From an uncultured Solirubrobacterales bacterium (GTDB lineage: Bacteria; Actinomycetota; Thermoleophilia; Solirubrobacterales; Solirubrobacteraceae), in assembly GCA_963756105.1 (NCBI GenBank), contig CAVWMM010000008.1, positions 93,266 through 157,265 on the forward strand: a DNA stretch of 64,000 nt, given 5' to 3'. Position 1 is the first letter of the stretch, and each line of letters begins with the position of its first letter. This document shows positions 57,373 to 64,000 of this stretch, piece by piece. The translations under genes and the position numbers were made by a program. A model generated the notes under the pieces. That model was not told the origin of the DNA. It was given only the letters and a program-made list of their open reading frames with translations, and did not search any database.

Positions 57373-57412
57373 TTGTCGCCGGGGCCAAATCTGCTACGCT
57401 CTGGCTTAGATT
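57373..57412 (+). promoter_or_regulatory. dnaK promoter with HAIR-like operator
   Basis: TTGTCG...TGcTACGCT; overlapping AATCTgctaC-N5-GgCTTAGATT (57388-57412) matches the clpB inverted repeat in spacing. Confidence 0.55.
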
Positions 57413-57447
57413 TTCACACGACTGTGAACGTATAGGAGCGAAAACTT

Positions 57448-59367
57448 ATGGCAAAAACGATCGGTATCGACCTCGGAACGACCAACAGCTGCATGGCCGT
57501 GCTCGAGGGCGGCGAGCCGACTGTGATCGAGAACGCCGAGGGCGGTCGCACCACCCCCTCGGTTGTCGCGTTCACGCAGTCGGGCGAGCGCCTCGTCGGC
57601 ACGGTGGCCAAGCGGCAGGCGGTCACCAACCCGCAGAACACGGTCTTCTCGATCAAGCGCTTCATGGGGCGTAAGGAAGCCGAGGTCCGCGAAGAGGAAG
57701 CGATAGTCCCCTACAAGGTCGTCTCCGGGCCCAACGGCGACGCGCGCGTGGAGGCGGGAGGCAAGGAGTACTCGCCGCCCGAGATCTCCGCGATGATCCT
57801 CGGCAAGCTCAAGAGCGACGCCGAGGCCTATCTGGGCACCACCGTCGAGAGCGCCGTGATCACGGTGCCGGCGTACTTCAATGACGACCAGCGCCAGGCG
57901 ACCAAGGACGCCGGCCGGATCGCCGGACTCGACGTCAAGCGCATCATCAACGAGCCGACTGCGGCCTCGCTGGCCTACGGGCTCGACAAGGAGTCCGATC
58001 AGACGATTCTCGTCTTCGACCTCGGCGGCGGCACGTTCGACGTGTCCGTGCTCGAGATCGGGGAGGGCGTGTTCGAGGTCAAGGCGACCTCCGGTGATAA
58101 CCACCTCGGCGGCGACAACTTCGACAAGGCCGTCGTGGACTGGCTGGTCGCCGAGTTCAAGCGCTCGCAGGGCATCGACCTGAGCAAGGATCCGATGGCG
58201 CTCCAGCGCCTGTACGAGGCGGCGGAGAAGGCCAAGATCGAGCTCTCCACCACCCAGGAGACTCAGATCAACCTGCCCTTCATCACGGCCGACGCGAGCG
58301 GCCCGAAGCACCTCGACACCCGCCTCACCCGCGCGAAGCTCAACGAGCTCACCGCCGACCTGCTCGACCGCACGGTCGCGCCGGTGCGCCAGGCGCTCGA
58401 TGACGCCAAGGAAAAGGGCGTGGCGAAGGTCGACCACGTCGTGCTCGTCGGCGGCATGACCCGCATGCCGGCCGTCCAGGAGAAGGTCAAGGAGCTGACC
58501 GGCAAGGATCCTCACCGGGGAGTCAACCCCGACGAGGTCGTCGCCGTCGGCGCCGCGATTCAGGCGGGCGTGCTGGCCGGGGACGTCAAGGACGTCCTGC
58601 TGCTCGACGTCACGCCTCTGACCCTGGGCATCGAGACCAAGGGCGGCGTGATGACCAAGCTGATCGAGCGCAACACGACCATCCCGACGCGCAAGTCGGA
58701 GATCTTCTCGACCGCCGAGGACAACCAGCCTTCGGTCGAGATCCACGTCCTTCAGGGCGAGCGCGAGATGGCGACCTACAACAAGTCGCTGGGCAAGTTC
58801 CAGCTGACCGGCATCCCGCCGGCGCCGCGAGGCATCCCGCAGATCGAGGTCGGCTTCGACATCGACGCCAACGGCATCCTCAACGTGTCGGCCAAGGACC
58901 TCGGCACCGGCAAGGAGCAGAAGATCGAGATCAAGTCCGGGTCTGGCCTCTCCGACGAGGAGATCAAGCGCATGGTCACGGACGCCGAATCCCACGCGGA
59001 GGACGACCGGCGCCAGCGCGAGCTCGCAGAGGCACGCAACAACGGCGAGAACGCCGCCTACCAGGCCGAGCGCCAGCTCAAGGATCTCGGAGACTCGGTC
59101 GACGCCTCGTCCAAGTCCGAGATCGAGGACGCGATCAAGGCCGTGCGTGACGTGCTGACGTCGGACAACACGGACGAGATCAAGGCCAAGACCGACGCGC
59201 TGCAGGCGTCCTTCCACAAGGTCTCCGAGGCGATGTATCAGCGCGCCCAGGAGCAGGCGGCGGCCGCAGGCGCCGGGTCCTCCGGCGACGGGGCCGGCGC
59301 GGCCGAAAACGGCGCCGGGGCCGAGGAGGACGTCGTCGACGCCGAGGTAGTGGACGAGGGCAAGTAA
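57448..59367 (+). CDS. dnaK: Chaperone DnaK
   Basis: [32 protein letters not shown] and VVDAE motifs; intact. Confidence 0.99.
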   Translation: MAKTIGIDLGTTNSCMAVLEGGEPTVIENAEGGRTTPSVVAFTQSGERLVGTVAKRQAVTNPQNTVFSIKRFMGRKEAEVREEEAIVPYKVVSGPNGDARVEAGGKEYSPPEISAMILGKLKSDAEAYLGTTVESAVITVPAYFNDDQRQATKDAGRIAGLDVKRIINEPTAASLAYGLDKESDQTILVFDLGGGTFDVSVLEIGEGVFEVKATSGDNHLGGDNFDKAVVDWLVAEFKRSQGIDLSKDPMALQRLYEAAEKAKIELSTTQETQINLPFITADASGPKHLDTRLTRAKLNELTADLLDRTVAPVRQALDDAKEKGVAKVDHVVLVGGMTRMPAVQEKVKELTGKDPHRGVNPDEVVAVGAAIQAGVLAGDVKDVLLLDVTPLTLGIETKGGVMTKLIERNTTIPTRKSEIFSTAEDNQPSVEIHVLQGEREMATYNKSLGKFQLTGIPPAPRGIPQIEVGFDIDANGILNVSAKDLGTGKEQKIEIKSGSGLSDEEIKRMVTDAESHAEDDRRQRELAEARNNGENAAYQAERQLKDLGDSVDASSKSEIEDAIKAVRDVLTSDNTDEIKAKTDALQASFHKVSEAMYQRAQEQAAAAGAGSSGDGAGAAENGAGAEEDVVDAEVVDEGK

Positions 59368-59370
59368 GCG

Positions 59371-60067
59371 ATGACCGGCAATCGCGACAGTCGCCGCCGG
59401 GTGCCCTGGGGCCCCGAGGCGGACAGGGCGGCCGAAGACAAGACTCGAGTGTCTTCGGCCGCGCGGCCGGCCTCCGAGCTGCCTTCCGAGGAGGCGTTGG
59501 CGGAAGATGCCGCCACCGCCAACTTGCCCGAGGAAGGGCAGCAGGGGCCCGACGAGCAGTCTCGGTCCAATGACCACGAGGCCCAGCTCGAGCGCGATCT
59601 CGAGGAGCTCGCGGCAAGGGCCGGGAAGGCGGACGAGTACCTCGAGCTGGCAAAGCGGACCAAGGCCGATTTCGAGAACTACCGCAAGCGCGCGGCGCGC
59701 GAAGCGGCGGCAGCGCAGCAGCGCGGCGTCGTCAAGCTCGCCCAGGAGCTGCTCCCGGCCGTAGACGACCTAGATCGCGCCGTGGTCGCCGCACAGGCGG
59801 CTTCAGGGGCGGACGAGGACGGCGTGGGCACGTTGGTCTCGGGAATCAAGCTCGTGCACGCGGACGTGATCGCCGCTTTGGCGCGGGTGGGCATCGAGCC
59901 CTATTCGCCGGTGGGTGAGCGCTTCGATCCTCAGCACCACGAGGCGATCGCTCAGCAGCCGGTACGAAGGCGCCGAGCCGGGGACCGTCGTCGAGGTCTA
60001 CCAGCGCGGCTACAGACTCCACGACGGCTCGGTTCTGCGCCCTGCCCGTGTGGTCGTAGCGGCGTGA
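59371..60067 (+). CDS. grpE: Nucleotide exchange factor GrpE, frameshift near 59965
   Basis: [28 protein letters not shown] and GY...LRPARVVV motifs. Confidence 0.95.
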
Positions 60068-60080
60068 GCTAAACGAAGCG

Positions 60081-61223
60081 ATGGCAGCGCGGCCCGACCA
60101 TTACAAGGTCCTCGGGGTAGGCAAAAACGCCTCCGAGGAGGAGATCAAGAAGGCGTACCGGCGGCTGGCTCGCCAGTATCACCCCGATCGCAACCCGGGC
60201 GACAAGAAGGCCGAGGAGCGATTCAAGGAGATCTCGCAGGCGCACGACGTCCTCTCGGACCCCGAGAAGCGCAAGGCGTACGACCGTGGTTCCGGGCCGT
60301 TCGGGTTCAACGTTCCCGGCGGCGGGTTTGACCCCGGCTCCTTCGGGGGTGGCGCGTTCGGCGGCGTGGGCGACATCCTCTCCAACCTCTTCGGGTCCGG
60401 CGCGGGCGCCGGAGGCGCCGCGGGCCGGGGCGGGGTCAGGGGCGGTCGCGCGCCGACGCGCGGGCGAGACCTCGAGACAGAGGTCTCGCTGAGCTTCGAT
60501 CAGGCCGTTGAGGGCGCTCAGGTCTCGCTGACCGTGCCCACCTCGCAGGCGTGCCCGACCTGCCATGGCAGCGGCGCGAAGCCTGGCACCTCGCCCAAGG
60601 TCTGCCCGGTTTGCGAGGGACGCGGCATCGAATCCCAGAGCCAGGGGATCTTCTCGATCTCGCAGCCGTGCTCGAACTGCCACGGCACCGGGACGGTGAT
60701 CGAAGATCCGTGCCCGACGTGTGGAGGAACAGGCGCCAAGCGAGGCACGCGCAAACTGCGGGTCAATGTCCCCGCGGGCGTGCGTGACGGAAGCCGCATT
60801 CGCCTCGCCGGCAAGGGGGAGCCGGGCCCGCGGGGCGCAGAGACCGGCGACCTATACGTGATCACGCGCGTTTCACCCTCGCCGGTGTTCAAGCGGACGG
60901 GCGACAACCTCGAGGTTGAGGTGCCGCTGACGATTGCCGAAGCCATCCAGGGCGGGGTGATCGAGGTCCCCACATTGCGTGGATCAAAGCGCCTTCGCGT
61001 CGCCCACGGGACCAAGCACGGCACCGTGCAACGGCTGCGCGGCGAGGGGCCGCCCCGACTCGGCGGCAAGGGCCGCGGGGACATTCACTATCGGTTCGTG
61101 ATCGACGTGCCCGACTCGCTCTCGGCCGAGCAGGCCGAAGCCGTGGACCGCCTCTCACGGGTGATGAACGGCAACCCTCGGGCGAAGCTGTTCGACGCGG
61201 CCGGACAAGCGGGGGCCAGCTGA
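60081..61223 (+). CDS. dnaJ: Chaperone DnaJ
   Basis: HPD J-domain, G/F linker, four CxxCxGxG repeats. Confidence 0.97.
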   Translation: MAARPDHYKVLGVGKNASEEEIKKAYRRLARQYHPDRNPGDKKAEERFKEISQAHDVLSDPEKRKAYDRGSGPFGFNVPGGGFDPGSFGGGAFGGVGDILSNLFGSGAGAGGAAGRGGVRGGRAPTRGRDLETEVSLSFDQAVEGAQVSLTVPTSQACPTCHGSGAKPGTSPKVCPVCEGRGIESQSQGIFSISQPCSNCHGTGTVIEDPCPTCGGTGAKRGTRKLRVNVPAGVRDGSRIRLAGKGEPGPRGAETGDLYVITRVSPSPVFKRTGDNLEVEVPLTIAEAIQGGVIEVPTLRGSKRLRVAHGTKHGTVQRLRGEGPPRLGGKGRGDIHYRFVIDVPDSLSAEQAEAVDRLSRVMNGNPRAKLFDAAGQAGAS

Positions 61224-61738
61224 TGGCGCAGCGCCGCGCGAAGGCCCGCGCCGTGCGGGTGACCAAGACCGTGACGGCGTCAACCGTGAGCACTTCGCGC
61301 GTCGAGGTCACCTCCGACCGCGGCGTGTTCATGATCTCGGTCGCCGCCGAGCTCGCCGACATGCACCCGCAGACCCTGCGCATGTACGAGGCCAGGGGGT
61401 TGATCGAGCCGAAGCGCTCCCCGAAGGGAACGCGGCTGTACTCCTACAAGGACGTCGACCGGCTGCGCCGGATCCAGAACATGACGGTCGAGCTGGGCAT
61501 GAACCTCGCCGGAGTCGAGCGTGTCTTCGAGCTCGAGGACAAGCTCGACACGGTGACGCGCAAGGTGGCGGCACTCGAGCGCCGGGCCGGAGAGCTCAAA
61601 GACGAGGTCGAGCGGCTCGAGGCGATCCGGCGCGAGCTGCGCGCCGAAATAGTGCCCTACGAAGGCGGCGGCGAGCTGGTCAGGAGCGTCGACGCCAAGC
61701 GCTTCGGGATCGTGTTTGGTCCCGACGGGAAACAGTAG
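61223..61738 (+). CDS. hspR: MerR-family heat-shock repressor HspR
   Basis: ISVAAELADMHPQTLRMYE..GLI.P.R..GTRLYS and GMNLAG; follows dnaJ. Confidence 0.95.
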   Translation: MAQRRAKARAVRVTKTVTASTVSTSRVEVTSDRGVFMISVAAELADMHPQTLRMYEARGLIEPKRSPKGTRLYSYKDVDRLRRIQNMTVELGMNLAGVERVFELEDKLDTVTRKVAALERRAGELKDEVERLEAIRRELRAEIVPYEGGGELVRSVDAKRFGIVFGPDGKQ

Positions 61739-61741
61739 ACC

Positions 61742-61811
61742 CCACTCGGCGATTCGACCCGCGGGGCGTCGGGCGTTCAGGACGCCCAGTCGCGGGTAAA
61801 CCGATGAGTGG
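61742..61811 (+). terminator. Long nested stem-loop after the dnaK operon
   Basis: CCACTC/GAGTGG, ACCCGCG/CGCGGGT and GGGCGTC/GACGCCC nested pairs. Confidence 0.5.
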
Positions 61812-61990
61812 CGCCCTCGTGCGCCACCGATAACGACGCGCGCTCCTGGGCCCGGGAACGGCCATCGCCGCCCATCGGAAGCGAGCCACCCGCCCCGCGA
61901 ATGCTTGGGCGAGCAAACCATTTGTGAGCTGACTATTACACTCTCTTACGACGAGTTAGTGGACACCTTCCACCCGCGAGGAGGTCTGTG

Positions 61991-63611
61991 ATGGAGCGCA
62001 AGTGGTGGACGCTGACCGCCGTCTCGGCGGCCATGTTCATGCTGCTGCTGGACCTCAGCATCGTGATCGTCGCGCTGCCGTCGATCCAACACGAGCTCGG
62101 CGGCACGCTGTCCGATCTGCAGTGGGTCATCGACGCCTACGCGCTCAGTCTGGCGGCGCTGCTTTTGACCGCGGGCGCCCTCGCCGACCTGCGGGGCCGA
62201 CGGAAGATCTTTGCGGTCGGCATCGGGATCTTCACCACCGGGTCGCTGCTGTGCGGCGTCGCATCGAGCACGCTGTTCCTCACGCTCGCCCGCGCGGGCC
62301 AGGGCATCGGCGGCGCGATCATGTTCTCGACTTCGCTGGCGCTGCTCGCCAACGCGTTCAGGGGCCGCGACCGCGGCATCGCGTTCGGCGTGTGGGGCGC
62401 AATCGCGGGCATTGCGGTAGCCATCGGCCCGGTGCTCGGGGGCGCTATCACCTCGGGGCTCTCGTGGCGCTGGATCTTTCTCGTAAACGTGCCGCTGGGC
62501 GCCGCGACCCTCGCCGCGACGCTGCTGCGCGTGGACGAGTCGCGGGATCCCGGTGCGCGGCGGCCCGACCTGATCGGCTTCGCCACCTTCTCGAGCGCGC
62601 TGTTCTTGATCGTGTACGGCTTGATCGAGTCGAGCAACAGGGGCTGGGGTTCGGCGGTGGTGGTCGGCTGCCTCGCCGGCGGCGGCGCGATGATGGTGGT
62701 GTTCTTCGTCTGCGAGGCGCTCCAGCGAGCGTCCGATGCTCGACCTGAGCCTCCTACGCGTGCCCACGTTCGTCGGCGGGCTCACGACGGCATTCGCGAT
62801 CTCAGCCGGGATGTTCGCCGTCCTCGCGTACATCGTCATCTACCTCCAGGACCTGTTGCACTTCTCCGCGGTCGGAAGCGGCGTCCGGCTGCTGGCGCTT
62901 ACGGTCGCCATGTTCGTGATGTCGGCCATCGCCGGGCGCCTCACCGGTCGCGTGCCGGCCAAGCTGTTGATCGGCCCCGGACTCGTTCTGATCGGGGTCG
63001 GCCTGCTGTTGATGCGCGGCATCACTCCCGCCTCTAGTTGGACGCATCTGCTCGTCGGCCTGATCGTCGCCGGCATCGGCTCCGGTCTCGTCAACGTGAC
63101 GCTCGCATCGACCGCAGTGGGGGTCGTCCATCCAAGTCGCGCCGGGATGGCCTCGGGCGTCAACTCGACCTCCCGCCAGGTGGGTTATGCCGCCGGAATC
63201 GCGGCGCTCGGCACACTGCTGGCGACCGAGGTCCGCCACACCGTCGTGAGCGATCTGCGCCACTCGCCGCTCGCTTCCGCCTCGCACCATCTCGCCGCTG
63301 CGATCAGTGCGGGCAACGCCGAAAAGGCGATCTCACACGTCCCAGCTGCTATGCGCGGCCGCGTCGGCGGCGTGGCGCTCCAGGCCTTCACGAGCAGCCT
63401 CGACGAGCTGCTGCTGATCGCTGCGATTGTCTCGTTCGCCGGTGCGCTGCTTGCGTTCGTCCTGATTCGCCAGCGCGATTTCGTCCAGGCGGGCGCCGAG
63501 GCGGAGCCGGCCAGGCCGGCAGCGGACGGCAAAGCAGCGACGCCGGACGGCGACCGGCCCGAACGCGGGACCGTGCCCGATCAGGAGCCCGCCCCCAGGC
63601 CGGCACGTTAG
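61991..63611 (+). CDS. MFS transporter, DHA2 (EmrB/QacA) family, frameshift near 62730
   Basis: LDLSIVIVALPSI, WVIDAY, GRRK, GPVLGG and WRWIFLVNVP motifs. Confidence 0.9.
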
Positions 63612-63659
63612 ACAAAGCCACCTGGTTCTGCCATAATCTAAGTCACACAGACTTAGATT
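63609..63659 (+). promoter_or_regulatory. clpB promoter and perfect HAIR-like inverted repeat
   Basis: TAGACA-17-CATAAT with extended TGn; AATCTAAGTC-ACACA-GACTTAGATT at 63635-63659. Confidence 0.8.
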
Positions 63660-63696
63660 TGTCCTGCCCTAAACGAGCCCAGAGAACAGAGACCAC

Positions 63697-64000
63697 ATGC
63701 ATCTAGACCGCTTCACGATCAAGGCCCAGGAGGCGCTCCAGGCGGCCCAGCGGCTCGCCGATGAGCGCCATCAACCCGCAGACCACACCGGAGCACCTGC
63801 TCGCGGTTTTGCTCGAGCAGGAGGGCGGCGTGGTCGCCCCGGTGCTGCGCAAGTTGGGCGTCGATCCGGCTGCGGTGCGCCAGGCACTCTCGCCGGGCCT
63901 TGAGGCCCTGCCGACGACGACGAGCCCAGGCCGCCAGGAACCGGCGGCAGGATCGAGCGAGCTCGTTGGAATCCTGCGCGACGCCGAGACCGAGATGCGG
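63697..64000 (+). CDS. clpB: ATP-dependent chaperone ClpB, N-terminal part (runs off window), frameshift near 63780
   Basis: MHLDRFTIKAQEALQAA; after the shift PEHLLAVLLEQEGGVV; HAIR-like site upstream; near dnaK operon. Confidence 0.85.

Noticed and set aside
57406-59577. 723-aa antisense ORF opposite dnaK (and similar ones opposite sqdB, ASST and capD)
   Set aside because: A well-known shadow ORF effect of high-GC3 codon usage; no independent motifs or expression signals.

Overview
High-GC actinobacterial chromosomal segment. Gene content suggests Thermoleophilia/Solirubrobacterales (Conexibacter-like); this is inference, not a search result. Single-base indels break most genes, including essential ones, which looks like unpolished long-read error rather than real pseudogenisation. 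Contents in order: a pstP-rodA-pbpA-pknB-ddl cell-wall cluster; hbd; a second Ser/Thr kinase; uppP and dedA; a surface-polysaccharide locus (DegT aminotransferase, CapD/PglF, flippase, glycosyltransferases, phosphoglycosyl transferase, ATP-grasp) with embedded comA and a His-phosphatase; sqdB-epimerase-GT2/gtrA; an orphan DNA methyltransferase; an arylsulfotransferase; pcm, E2 and lpdA; thiE and thiO-thiS-thiG; argF; rlmD; an inositol-lipid cluster (ino1, pgsA-like, PAP2, GT4-PHP fusion, GT-C-like protein); nth; dnaK-grpE-dnaJ-hspR; an MFS transporter; and the start of clpB. The most striking unexplained signal is a pair of 72-bp intergenic elements (7118-7189 and 47416-47487). Each is three abutting 24-bp palindromes with centres ACATGT/ACATGT/GCATGC and fully compensated but different arms. 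No tRNA, rRNA, CRISPR array or transposase was recognised.
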